From Gemmatimonadota bacterium (GTDB taxonomy: Bacteria; Gemmatimonadota; Gemmatimonadetes; Longimicrobiales; Gaopeijiaceae): a DNA stretch of 64,000 nucleotides. This document shows positions 19,587 to 28,603 of this stretch, in pieces (the first letter of the stretch is position 1; each line of letters opens with the position of its first letter). Where the stretch lies: contig JAXHMG010000002.1 of NCBI GenBank assembly GCA_034521595.1, positions 128,001 through 192,000 of the forward strand, read 5' to 3'. The notes beneath the pieces were generated by a model. That model was not told the DNA's origin and did no database searches. It saw only the letters and a list, made by a program, of their open reading frames with translations. Both the position numbers and the translations under genes were made by a program.

Positions 19587-21233
19587 TCAACCCCCGATGC
19601 GCTCACCCTCCAATGGCGGCGTATGGACCGGGCTCCGGCGGGCTCGGGTGAGTTGCTCGAACGCATATCCCAACGCCAACAGCCGGGGCTCGCTGAACGC
19701 CGTTCCGAAGAAGGAGATCCCGACCGGCAGGCGGTCGCTCGTGAATCCGGCCGGCACGATCAGATCCGGAAAGCCGGTGAGGTTCGCGATGTTCGTCGGG
19801 GACGGCCCACCGCCCCCACCACCACCCGACACGAGCCCCGGCCGGGTCGGCGAAGTCGGATACACGATGGCGTCGAGCTCGTGGCCGGCGAAAAGGCCCT
19901 CCACGATCCCCCGCACGAGCGGGAGGCCGTGCTCACGCATGGTCACGTAGTCCGGGTCGTCGGTGGTGCCGCTCCGCTCCTCGTTCTCGAGCAGGGTCCA
20001 ACGCGTCGGATTCGGGCCGCCGTGGTCGGAGGTGAGGGAGGTGATCTCGCGGCTCCGCTCGACCATCTCCGCGAGGGATTTCGGGTACTCGGGGTCGAGG
20101 GTGGCCAAGTAGTCGGGGATCTGGGCGCGGAAATCGGGCCAACGGATGGTCGTGTACCATTCACCTTTGACGTCGAGCAGCCACTGCGGGTACCGCACCT
20201 CCACGATCGTCGCACCGGCGTCGCGCATGGTGTGAAGCGCCGACTCGACGATCCAATCGACCTCCGAGTCCTGACCCATGAAGTCGCGGGCGATGCCGAT
20301 ACGGGCCCCATCGAGCGCTTCCGCGTCGAGGGATGCCGTGTAGTCGTCCGCCCGGCGCTCGTCGGCGTCGCTCGTGGCTTCATCGGCGGCGTCGCTCCCG
20401 GCGATCGCGTTCAACGTGTGCGCGATATCCGAGACGTGTCGCGCCATCGGGCCGGGCACGTCGAAGGTCAGCGAAAGCGGAATGATCCCGTCCCGGCTCA
20501 CGAGACCGTGGGTGGGCTTCAGACCGACGATCCCGTTCGAGGTCGACGGCCCCCGCACCGAGCCACCGGTATCCGTCCCGAAGCCGACCTCGGCATACCA
20601 CGCCGCGATCGCGGCCCCGGTGCCACCCGACGAGCCCGAGGGGCTGCGCTCGAGATCGTGCGGATTTCGGATGTACCCGCCCACGGAGCTCATCGTCACG
20701 CCGGAGGCGAGCTCGCTCATGTTGAGCTTGGCCAGGATGATCGCGCCGGCCTCGCGCAGGCGCGCCACGAGGTGCGCGTCGTCGGGCGGGATCGAGCCTT
20801 CCAGGAGGAGTGAGCCCCCGGTGGTGGGCATGTCGTGCGTGTCGAAGTTGTCCTTGAGCACGACGGGGATGCCGTGGAGCGCCGACCGGGGCCCCTGCTC
20901 CTCGCGTTCCCGATCGAGAGCGCGCGCCGTCTCGAGCGCCTCGGAGTTCACGTGGAGCACCGCGTTGAGGCCGGGACCTCGCTGGTCGTAGGCCTCGATG
21001 CGGGCGAGATGCATCTCCAAGAGCCGTTCGGCCGTGAGCGTGCCCTCCGCGAAGGCGCGCCCGAGCTCCTCGATGGTGGCGTGGGCGAGAGAAAGCTCCT
21101 GCGCGGCCGCCGAGTCGGGCACCCCGACGACGAGGGCACCGACCGCGGCGCACGCCAGACGGACCCGCCTCCGGCCACGGACGGGGGAGCGCGAAGACCG
21201 GAGAATGGAACGACGGCGGCACGGACTCGGCAT
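19587..21233 (-). CDS. Amidase-signature family protein, secreted
   Basis: LHGIPVVLKDN, GSSGGTG, GTDTGGSVRGP. Confidence 0.93.
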   Translation of the reverse strand: MPSPCRRRSILRSSRSPVRGRRRVRLACAAVGALVVGVPDSAAAQELSLAHATIEELGRAFAEGTLTAERLLEMHLARIEAYDQRGPGLNAVLHVNSEALETARALDREREEQGPRSALHGIPVVLKDNFDTHDMPTTGGSLLLEGSIPPDDAHLVARLREAGAIILAKLNMSELASGVTMSSVGGYIRNPHDLERSPSGSSGGTGAAIAAWYAEVGFGTDTGGSVRGPSTSNGIVGLKPTHGLVSRDGIIPLSLTFDVPGPMARHVSDIAHTLNAIAGSDAADEATSDADERRADDYTASLDAEALDGARIGIARDFMGQDSEVDWIVESALHTMRDAGATIVEVRYPQWLLDVKGEWYTTIRWPDFRAQIPDYLATLDPEYPKSLAEMVERSREITSLTSDHGGPNPTRWTLLENEERSGTTDDPDYVTMREHGLPLVRGIVEGLFAGHELDAIVYPTSPTRPGLVSGGGGGGGPSPTNIANLTGFPDLIVPAGFTSDRLPVGISFFGTAFSEPRLLALGYAFEQLTRARRSPVHTPPLEGERIGG

Positions 21234-21381
21234 ATGTACTCTCCACGGAAGTTACGGTAGGGAGAGCGAACGTACTTCCCGACCCGAGGTGGCAACAGGA
21301 CGAGGCGGCCGGGCACGGGTGCCCGGAGCACCGGTCTTGGTATTTCCCGAACCGTTCGCCCAGGGGGCGAGGAGACCTTCC

Positions 21382-21967
21382 ATGGCATCGCTCTTCCGTC
21401 GTTCCACACGTCCGGCCTTGGTCGCGGTCTCGGGCCTCCTGATGCTCGGACCGGTGACCGCCCCCCTCACGGCCCAAGCGCACGACGCCCCCCGCCCCAT
21501 CGCCGGCACCAACACCGTGTGGCTCGAGGAGATGACTTGGATGGAGGTTCGCGACGCGCTCGCCGAGGGCAGCACGACGATCATCGTGGGAACGGGCGGG
21601 ATCGAGCAGAACGGTCCGTACGTGGCGAGCGGAAAGCACAACTTCGTCCTCACCGCCACGACCGAGGCCATCGCGCGGGAGCTCGGGAACGCCCTGGTCG
21701 CGCCGATCGTGAAGTTCGTGCCCGAAGGAGACGTTCGAGGCGCTGCTCACGGATATCGCCTCCAGCTTCGCCGCACACGGTTTCACCGACATCGTCCTCA
21801 TCGGCGACAGCGGCGGCAATCGCCGGCGGATGGACGCGGGCCTCTTCAGCATCAACGGCGTGGACCTGGCGCCCCTCTCGCGCACCATCGCCAACGGCCG
21901 GAGGCTGGTGCGGTACCGGGCCGAGCTAACCGCACGGGCCATCCGGGAGGCGATCGCGGGAGGGTGA
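21382..21967 (+). pseudogene. Creatininase-family gene, frameshifted with apparent internal deletions
   Basis: Frame 1: LEEMTWMEVRD, GGIEQNGP, GKHN, KFVPEG. After ~21729 another frame reads TFEALLTDIASSFAAHGFTDIVLIGDSGGN and ends at TGA 21965-21967. Confidence 0.8.
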
Positions 21968-21985
21968 CATTGGCTGTTAAAGCGG

Positions 21986-22014
21986 TTGATCGTGCGCCGG
22001 AACCCACATATGCT
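21986..22014 (+). promoter_or_regulatory. Sigma70-type promoter for the leader/ATP-grasp/LLM operon
   Basis: TTGATC (21986-21991), 17 nt spacer, TATGCT (22009-22014). Confidence 0.65.
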
Positions 22015-22036
22015 TAGTCGCTACGCACAAGCTTCA

Positions 22037-22162
22037 ATGATCCCCACCGCCACAGCCATGCGCCCCGAACTCCGTCCCCGAACTCCGACCGCGACCATGA
22101 CCTGTCGCTGTTGTTGTCCGGCTCTCCCGCCGGGAGAGGCCGAGGGGCGCCCGTACATGTGA
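22037..22162 (+). CDS. Putative Cys-sensing attenuator leader peptide (41 aa; in-frame alternative ATGs at 22058 and 22097)
   Basis: MIPTATAMRPELRPRTPTATMTCRCCCPALPPGEAEGRPYM*, with four TGT codons at 22103-22117; lies between the promoter and the terminator. Confidence 0.75.
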   Translation: MIPTATAMRPELRPRTPTATMTCRCCCPALPPGEAEGRPYM

Positions 22163-22213
22163 CGGACGCGTGAACGACCACCGGGCTCAGCCCGGATCCC
22201 CGGCCCCTCTCCC
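22122..22213 (+). promoter_or_regulatory. Attenuator switch: protector (1:2) versus antiterminator (2:3)
   Basis: GGGAGAG(G) 22132-22139 pairs with CTCTCCC 22122-22128 or CCTCTCCC 22206-22213; GAGGGGC 22142-22148 pairs with GCCCCTC 22203-22209. Confidence 0.7.
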
Positions 22214-22234
22214 CGCGAGAGGGGCCGTTTTTTT
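22201..22234 (+). terminator. Intrinsic terminator in the 5' leader (attenuator 3:4)
   Basis: Perfect 11-bp stem CGGCCCCTCTC/GAGAGGGGCCG, 5-nt loop, T7; 26 nt before the ATG at 22261. Confidence 0.92.
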
Positions 22235-22260
22235 GTCCCGTTCCACACCGACCGAGACCC

Positions 22261-23277
22261 ATGACTCGTTCCGATATCCCCGGTGCCGCCAGCGGCGCCA
22301 TCGCCATCTATCACGAGCACCCGGACTGGTTCCGGCCGCTGTTCGACGAGCTCGACGCCCGCGGCGTGCCCTACGTCCGACTCGATGCGGCCGACCACGT
22401 GTTCGACCCGGCGGCCGAGGATCCCGACTACGCACTCGTCTTCAACCGGATGAGCCCCTCGGCGTTCCTGCGCGGCCGGGCGTCGGCGGTCTTCTACACG
22501 TCGCAGTACCTCGCCGACCTCGAGCGGCGCGGCATCCGGGTCATCAACGGGTGGAAGGCCTGGCAGACCGAGATCTCCAAAGCCGCCCAATTGTCGCTCC
22601 TGGCCGAGCTCGGCCTCCCCGCGCCCCGAGCACGCGTCATTCACCGGGCGGAGCAAGCTCCGGCCGCGGCCGAAGGCCTTCGCTTTCCCGTGGTCGTGAA
22701 GCCGAACATCGGTGGAAGCGGCGCGGGCGTGCGGCGTTTCGACAGGCCGGAGACTCTCGCCACGGCGACGAACGAACTCGATCTCGGCATCGACTCCACC
22801 GCCCTCGTGCAGGAGTTCGTGCCGGCAGAATCGGGACGGATCGTGCGCGTGGAGGTGCTCGACGGGAAGTTCCTCTACGCGATCCGGGTCTACACCGACG
22901 GGTCGGACTTCAACCTCTGCCCGGCCGACGCCTGCCAGAGCGTGGACGGCGCCGAGCTGGAGCGCGCCGCCTGCGCGGTGGACGCCCCCAAGAACGGCAT
23001 GCGGGTGGAAGGCTACGAGCCTCCCTCCGATGTCGTGGAGGACGTGGAGCGGATCATGGCCGCGGCCGGCATCGAGATCGGGGGCGTCGAGTACATGATC
23101 GACGAGCGTGACGGCCGACGGTACTACTACGACGTGAACGCGCTCTCCAACTTCGTGGCCGACGCGCCCAACGTGGTGGGGCTCGACGCCTTCGCGCGGC
23201 TGGCCGACTGGCTCCAGCGGGAGGCCGGCCTGACCCCGGCCCACGCGGAAGCCGCGATCCAAGGAGGTGCGGCATGA
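22261..23277 (+). CDS. ATP-grasp (RimK-like) ligase
   Basis: FPVVVKPNIGGSGAGV, LVQEFVP, GGVEY, YDVNALSNF. Confidence 0.85.
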   Translation: MTRSDIPGAASGAIAIYHEHPDWFRPLFDELDARGVPYVRLDAADHVFDPAAEDPDYALVFNRMSPSAFLRGRASAVFYTSQYLADLERRGIRVINGWKAWQTEISKAAQLSLLAELGLPAPRARVIHRAEQAPAAAEGLRFPVVVKPNIGGSGAGVRRFDRPETLATATNELDLGIDSTALVQEFVPAESGRIVRVEVLDGKFLYAIRVYTDGSDFNLCPADACQSVDGAELERAACAVDAPKNGMRVEGYEPPSDVVEDVERIMAAAGIEIGGVEYMIDERDGRRYYYDVNALSNFVADAPNVVGLDAFARLADWLQREAGLTPAHAEAAIQGGAA

Positions 23278-24326
23278 GGTTCGGTTACTGGCTCCCCGTC
23301 TTCGGCGGCTGGCTTCGCAACGTCGAGGACGAAGGGATGGAAGCTTCGTGGGAATACGTCAGCCGCCTGGCCCGCCGCAGCGAGGAGATCGGCTTCGATC
23401 TGTCGCTCGTCGCCGAGCTCAACCTGAACGACATCAAGGGCATGGACGCGCCTTCGCTCGACGCTTGGAGCACCGCCGCCGCCCTCGCCGCCGTCACCGA
23501 GAAGCTCGAGCTCATGGTGGCGGTACGCCCGACCTTTCACGCTCCGGCGCTCCTGGCGAAACAAGCGGCGAACATCGACCGGATCAGCGGAGGCCGCCTC
23601 TCGCTCAACGTCGTGTCGTCGTGGTGGGCGACCGAGGCGAAGAAGTATGGCGTGCAGTTCGACGAGCACGACGACCGCTACGCCCGCACGGCGGAGTGGC
23701 TCGAGATCGTCGACGGGATGTGGAAGCAGCCGGAGTTCTCGTTCAAGGGACGGTACTACGAGGTCGAGGACGCGATCCTCGAGCCGAAGCCCGTGCGCCG
23801 GCCGCGGCCTACCGTGTACGCAGGCGGCGAGTCAGCCGCCGCCAAGGAGCTGATCTCGACCAAGTGCGACGCGTGGCTGACCCACGGTGACCCACCCGAC
23901 GTCATCCGCCCCAAGGTCGACGACATGCGGGAACGACGGGCGCGGACCGGTCTCGAACCCATGTCGTTCGGTGCCGCCGGCTACGCCGTGGTCCGGCCCA
24001 CGGAGCGCGAGGTCCGGCAGGAGCTCGAGCGCATCACGAACGTGCGCGAGAACGCACGCGGCTATGCGAATTACCAGGACTGGATCAACAACACCGAGCT
24101 CGAGCGGCAGGTGAGCATCGAGGACTACTCGGTCTCCAACCGGGGGCTCCGCAGCGGGCTCACGGGAACGCCCGAGCAAGTGGCCGAGCGGATCTTGGAG
24201 TTCGAGCGGGCGGGCCTGGACCTACTGCTGCTCCAGTTCTCCCCACAGCTCGAGGAGATGGAGCGGTTCGCCGAGGAGGTCATTCCGCTCGTGCGGGAGG
24301 AGTCGGAGGCGAGTCGGGTGGCGTAG
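23274..24326 (+). CDS. LLM-class flavin-dependent monooxygenase (SsuD/SfnG-like, organosulfur)
   Basis: MRFGYWLPVFGGW, ELMVAVRP, IDRISGGRLSLNVVS, YAGGES, GLTGTPEQVAERI; ATGA overlap. Confidence 0.88.
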   Translation: MRFGYWLPVFGGWLRNVEDEGMEASWEYVSRLARRSEEIGFDLSLVAELNLNDIKGMDAPSLDAWSTAAALAAVTEKLELMVAVRPTFHAPALLAKQAANIDRISGGRLSLNVVSSWWATEAKKYGVQFDEHDDRYARTAEWLEIVDGMWKQPEFSFKGRYYEVEDAILEPKPVRRPRPTVYAGGESAAAKELISTKCDAWLTHGDPPDVIRPKVDDMRERRARTGLEPMSFGAAGYAVVRPTEREVRQELERITNVRENARGYANYQDWINNTELERQVSIEDYSVSNRGLRSGLTGTPEQVAERILEFERAGLDLLLLQFSPQLEEMERFAEEVIPLVREESEASRVA

Positions 24327-24329
24327 CTG

Positions 24330-25007
24330 CTAGGATCCGTCCGAAGTCGAATCGGTCACGCTGGACCGGATCTGGTCCGCCCCCGTCACCATGCGATGGA
24401 AGTTCCCCTCCCAGGACTGCCAGGCGAGCACCAACGCGGCGACCACCAGCATCACGGAGGCTCCCTTCATCATGCGCTGCTGCCATGCGCGTGTGAGCCG
24501 CCGGTGCCCGTACGCCGCGAGCCCGGCGACGACCGACCGGACAGCGAGCAACTGGAGGATGAACGCACCCGCGAACGCACCGCCGAGCTCCCAGGAGACG
24601 CGCCAGAAACCCACGAACAGGGGCGCGCCCACCAACATCCAGAAGACCCAAGGAGTCGGTGAGACGAGCGCCAGCAATGCGGCTTCCAGGCTCCGGCGTG
24701 ACGCCTCGTCGGGGACGTGCGCCACCGGATCTTCCTGGGCCCGCTTCCAGGTGCCGCGGGCGAGATAGAGGATCAGGACGCCTCCGACGATCCCCATCCA
24801 CCGGAGCAAGCCGTCCGGAAGCTGCGCGACCACCAGAGCCGCGGTCGTCAGCACCACCAGCTCCGAAAGAAGCGGCACGACCGCCACCCGAAATCCCGCC
24901 CGGAAGCCGGATTTCAGGGAGGTCGCCGCCACGAGCGCGGAGAAGGGGCCGGGAATCGCGCCGGCGACGAGTCCCAGCACGAATCCCAGGAAAAGAGGTT
25001 CCGACAC
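24330..25007 (-). CDS. LysE/RhtB family translocator
   Basis: GLVAGAIPGP, GFRAG, LVSPTPWVFW; hydrophobic; start uncertain because it abuts the MITE. Confidence 0.82.
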   Translation of the reverse strand: MSEPLFLGFVLGLVAGAIPGPFSALVAATSLKSGFRAGFRVAVVPLLSELVVLTTAALVVAQLPDGLLRWMGIVGGVLILYLARGTWKRAQEDPVAHVPDEASRRSLEAALLALVSPTPWVFWMLVGAPLFVGFWRVSWELGGAFAGAFILQLLAVRSVVAGLAAYGHRRLTRAWQQRMMKGASVMLVVAALVLAWQSWEGNFHRMVTGADQIRSSVTDSTSDGS

Positions 25008-25008
25008 T

Positions 25009-25354
25009 AGCAGCCCGTGGCAGAAGTTGGGTGGGCCGGACCCGGGCTGCGCCCGGGTGCCCCGGGAGCGCCACGGCCCCAGATCCTAGGCGCCACGACG
25101 AAGGCATAGCCTTGAGCTACGTCGAGGAGTGGCAACGACGGAGATGGGGCCGTGCCGCCCCGGGCACCGCCGCGCCAGCGGTGGTCCGAAGGGCACAAGG
25201 GACCAACGCTATCGCGTCGGTGCCCGCGGCATCATACTGCGTCATAGCTCCTCCCCGATGCTTTGGCATCGCATTCGTCGCTCTTCCTTGTCTGATATCC
25301 GCAAGACCCCTGCGCGCGTGTGCGCGGCCCACCCAACTTCTGCCACGGGCTGCT
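25009..25354. mobile_element. MITE-like non-autonomous element (346 bp)
   Basis: Perfect 30-bp inverted repeats AGCAGCCCGTGGCAGAAGTTGGGTGGGCCG at 25009-25038 and 25325-25354; CTAG/CTCG at the termini; no transposase ORF. Confidence 0.8.
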
Positions 25355-25388
25355 CGCTCTCCAAATCTCCTTCATTCAGTCGACGGCG

Positions 25389-25404
25389 TAGCAGCCCGTG
25401 GCAG
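25389..25404 (+). repeat. Additional left-type copy of the MITE inverted repeat
   Basis: TAGCAGCCCGTGGCAG is identical to 25008-25023. Confidence 0.7.
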
Positions 25405-25628
25405 GCCAGGGCCTGACGCTCGGGACCGAGACGCGGAAGACCTCGACCTCGGGCGGGGAAACCGGAAAGCTGGGACGGGATCCGCGGCCCGTCGAGGCCA
25501 CGGAAGACCGGCGGGCCCCTCCGAGTGCCTCGTCCAGCTTCTCCCCGAACGGCTCCCGAGGTACTTGTCGAACCCTCGTGCGGTGCGCACTCTGTGCACG
25601 TCTCGGTTCCCTTCCCGGAGGTGCGCTC

Positions 25629-28088
25629 ATGGACCGCTCCCGCCAGCCGATCCCCCGCCAGCCCGACGACGCCGCCGCGGCCGGTCGCCCACGCCCGAGC
25701 GCTCGGAAGCTCCGCCGTTTCGGTCTGGCCGTTGCGCTCCTCGCGCTTCCGCTGCCCGCCGCCGCACAGCAGCTCTACGACTTCGGCACGGCGTTCGGAC
25801 GGGCGGCCGCCGTAGCGGACGGCGAGGTGCTGGTCGCCGAGCCGCAGAACGTGATCCGGCCCGGGCGGGTGTACGTCTTCCGGCCGGCGACGACGTCGGA
25901 GCGGACGACCCAGGTGCTCACCGCCTCGGACGGAATCCGCTCGGACGGATTCGGGCGGGCGCTCGCCGCGCATGGCGAGGCCGTGTTGGTCGGCGCTCCC
26001 AACGCGGCGGAGGGCGCGGGTGCCGGGTATCTGTTCGTGCGTAGCGACGAGGGTTGGCGGGAGGCCGCGCGGTTGGACGCCCCCGACGGCACGGAAGCCG
26101 TGGGCTCGGCCGTAGCGCTTTCGGAACGGGTCGCGGCGGTCGTGGAGCAGAGCGGCGAGCGTGAGCGCGTGAGACTCTACCGACGCACCGGAAGCGCCCT
26201 CGCGGAAGAAGCGCTGCTCGAACCTCGGTCGGGCGACCGACGCTTCGGCGCGGCGCTGGCGGTTCTCGGAGACGACGGCCTCGTGGTCTGCGGATCCGAC
26301 GAGGCGGGGATGCTCTTCCTGGACCACTTCCGCAGGGGAACGAGCGGTGAATGGCGTCGCGTGAGTCGAGTCGAAAGCGGCGAGCCGCTCTCCAACCAAG
26401 GCGGCCTGCTCTCACAGGACCCGTACAAGGAGTGCAGCCTCGCGACGGACGGAGACGGCGTTGCCGTGGGCATGCCCCTCGCGGGAGCCGGCGAAGGTCG
26501 GGTCGCTCTGTACCGAACCGAGGACCCGGACGGCACGCTCGTCGCGGACACCACGCTGGACGCACCCGACGATGCTACACCGGGCTTCGGAACGACCGTC
26601 GCGGTGAGTGGTGGAAGCCTCTGGGTGGGTGCGCCCGAGGCGCGCTCACGGCTCGGCGCGGTGGCCCGGTTCCAGCGAGCGGAGGGCCGGTGGGGCGATC
26701 CCGAGATCCTCACCGGGCCGGGAACGAACTTCATGCCCGTGTTCGGGCTGGCCCTCGCGGCCGGTCCCGAGCTCGCGGTCGTCGGCTCGCCGGGCGACGC
26801 GTACGGCGCCGGTACGGCCGTCGCCTATCGGAGAACCGAGGCCGTGGGGGCCACATGGACCGAGGGCACTACCCTCGCCGGAGAAGCCGAAGGATACGAG
26901 GCCGTGCGCGGCGAGCGGGTGGATTGCGCGGACGGCGAGGCCGCCATCTTCACCTGTGAGCAGATGGATCTGGTCGCGCTTCTCCCCGTCGAGGAGATGG
27001 GGGCGTCGCGGGGCGCGATGGTCAACGACGTCTGGGGTTGGACCGACCCGGAAACCGGGCGCGAGTATGCCGTGGTGGGCCGCTCCGACGGCACCTCGTT
27101 CGTCGACGTCACCGAACCGACCCGTCCCATCTATCTGGGTCAGCTTCCCAAGACCCCGGGGAGCCGCGGGCAGGCGTGGCGGGACGTGAAGGTGCTGAGG
27201 AACCATGCACTCGTGGTGGCCGACAACGCGGGCGAGCACGGCATGCAGGTCTTCGACCTCACCCGTCTGCGCGACGTCGATCCGGCCGACCCACCCACCT
27301 TCGAAGTGGACGCCCTCTACACCGACATCGCCAGCGCGCACAACCTGGCGGTGAACGAGGAGACCGGCTTTGCCTACACGGTCGGCAACTCCGGAGGGGG
27401 GCGGGGCTGCGGCTCGATCCACATGATCGACCTGAACGACCCCGACAACCCGACCTTCGCCGGCTGCTACACGGACCCCTCGGTCGGCCTCGGCGCTGCG
27501 GGCCAGACGCACGACGCGCAATGCGTCGTCTACCGAGGGCCCGACGACGCCTACCAGGGACGCGAGATCTGCATCGGGTTCAGTGAGACCGCCATCACCA
27601 TCGGAGACGTGACGGACAAGGAAGATCCGGTGGTCGTGACCCAGGCGACCATGCCGAACACGGCCTATATCCACCAGGGTTGGCTCACCGAGGATCAGCG
27701 CTACCTGTTCGTGAACGACGAGCTCGACGAGATGAACGGTCTCACCGAACGGACCCGCACGATGATCTGGGACGTGGCCGAGCTCGACGATCCCGTGCTC
27801 GCCGGGACGTATCTCGCGGAAAGCAACGCGACCGACCACAACCTCTACGTCACCGGGAACCTCATGTATCAGTCGAACTACGCGGCCGGGCTCAGGGTCC
27901 TCGACGTAACCGATCCGGAGCAGCCCCGTGAAGTCGGGTTCTTCGACACGGCACCGTTCGCCGAGGATGTCCCGGGGTTCTTCGACGGCTCTTGGAGCAA
28001 TTACCCGTTCTTCGAGAGCGGAAACGTCCTGGTGACGAGCCACAAGCAGGGGCTTTTCGTGCTCCGAAGGAGCGTGCCCTTGAGCTGA
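25629..28088 (+). CDS. Choice-of-anchor B family secreted protein (FG-GAP-like repeats + LVIVD repeats)
   Basis: Signal peptide, FGxALA/VGAP repeats, NDVWGWTDPETGREYA, WRDVKV, HQGWLTED, DHNLY, GSWSNYPFF. Confidence 0.88.
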   Translation: MDRSRQPIPRQPDDAAAAGRPRPSARKLRRFGLAVALLALPLPAAAQQLYDFGTAFGRAAAVADGEVLVAEPQNVIRPGRVYVFRPATTSERTTQVLTASDGIRSDGFGRALAAHGEAVLVGAPNAAEGAGAGYLFVRSDEGWREAARLDAPDGTEAVGSAVALSERVAAVVEQSGERERVRLYRRTGSALAEEALLEPRSGDRRFGAALAVLGDDGLVVCGSDEAGMLFLDHFRRGTSGEWRRVSRVESGEPLSNQGGLLSQDPYKECSLATDGDGVAVGMPLAGAGEGRVALYRTEDPDGTLVADTTLDAPDDATPGFGTTVAVSGGSLWVGAPEARSRLGAVARFQRAEGRWGDPEILTGPGTNFMPVFGLALAAGPELAVVGSPGDAYGAGTAVAYRRTEAVGATWTEGTTLAGEAEGYEAVRGERVDCADGEAAIFTCEQMDLVALLPVEEMGASRGAMVNDVWGWTDPETGREYAVVGRSDGTSFVDVTEPTRPIYLGQLPKTPGSRGQAWRDVKVLRNHALVVADNAGEHGMQVFDLTRLRDVDPADPPTFEVDALYTDIASAHNLAVNEETGFAYTVGNSGGGRGCGSIHMIDLNDPDNPTFAGCYTDPSVGLGAAGQTHDAQCVVYRGPDDAYQGREICIGFSETAITIGDVTDKEDPVVVTQATMPNTAYIHQGWLTEDQRYLFVNDELDEMNGLTERTRTMIWDVAELDDPVLAGTYLAESNATDHNLYVTGNLMYQSNYAAGLRVLDVTDPEQPREVGFFDTAPFAEDVPGFFDGSWSNYPFFESGNVLVTSHKQGLFVLRRSVPLS

Positions 28089-28192
28089 GTGGACGGGTTG
28101 CAGCATCCGGCCGCTTGCGAACGAGCGGCCCACACCTACGTTCGACGCAGGTGCCGCGCAGGCACCTCGCCACTTCACGCACGATCCGCTTC

Positions 28193-28603
28193 ATGCCCAC
28201 AGGCTATTCGGGGACCCCGCTCGTGAGAAAGCTCGGCCTCAAGCCGGGCATGCGGTGCCGTGCGATCGAGCCTCCGGAGGACTACGCCGAGCTCCTCGGC
28301 GACCTTCCCGATGGCGTGCGCTTTCTCGAGCGTTCCTCCGACGCCCTCCACTTCGTGCACCTGTTCGTGCGCGAAGCCGCCGGCCTGCAACGCCAGCTCC
28401 GAGAGCTCCGCGGCAGCATCGCGCCCAACGGCATGATCTGGGTTTCCTGGCCCAAGAAGGCCTCGGGCGTCGAGACCGACGTCAACGGGAACGTGGTCCG
28501 TGATGCCGGCCTCGGCGCGGGTCTCGTCGACATCAAGATCTGCGCGGTCGACGACACCTGGTCGGGGCTCAAGTTCGTGATTCCGCGGATAAGGCGTGAG
28601 TGA
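28193..28603 (+). CDS. DUF3052 family protein
   Basis: GYSGTPLVRKLGLK, IWVSWPKKASG, GLVDIKICAVDDTWSGLKF. Confidence 0.85.
   Translation: MPTGYSGTPLVRKLGLKPGMRCRAIEPPEDYAELLGDLPDGVRFLERSSDALHFVHLFVREAAGLQRQLRELRGSIAPNGMIWVSWPKKASGVETDVNGNVVRDAGLGAGLVDIKICAVDDTWSGLKFVIPRIRRE

Noticed and set aside
24326-24333. GCTGCTAG matching the MITE end, at the LLM/lysE junction
   Set aside because: Only 8 bp; cannot be distinguished from chance.
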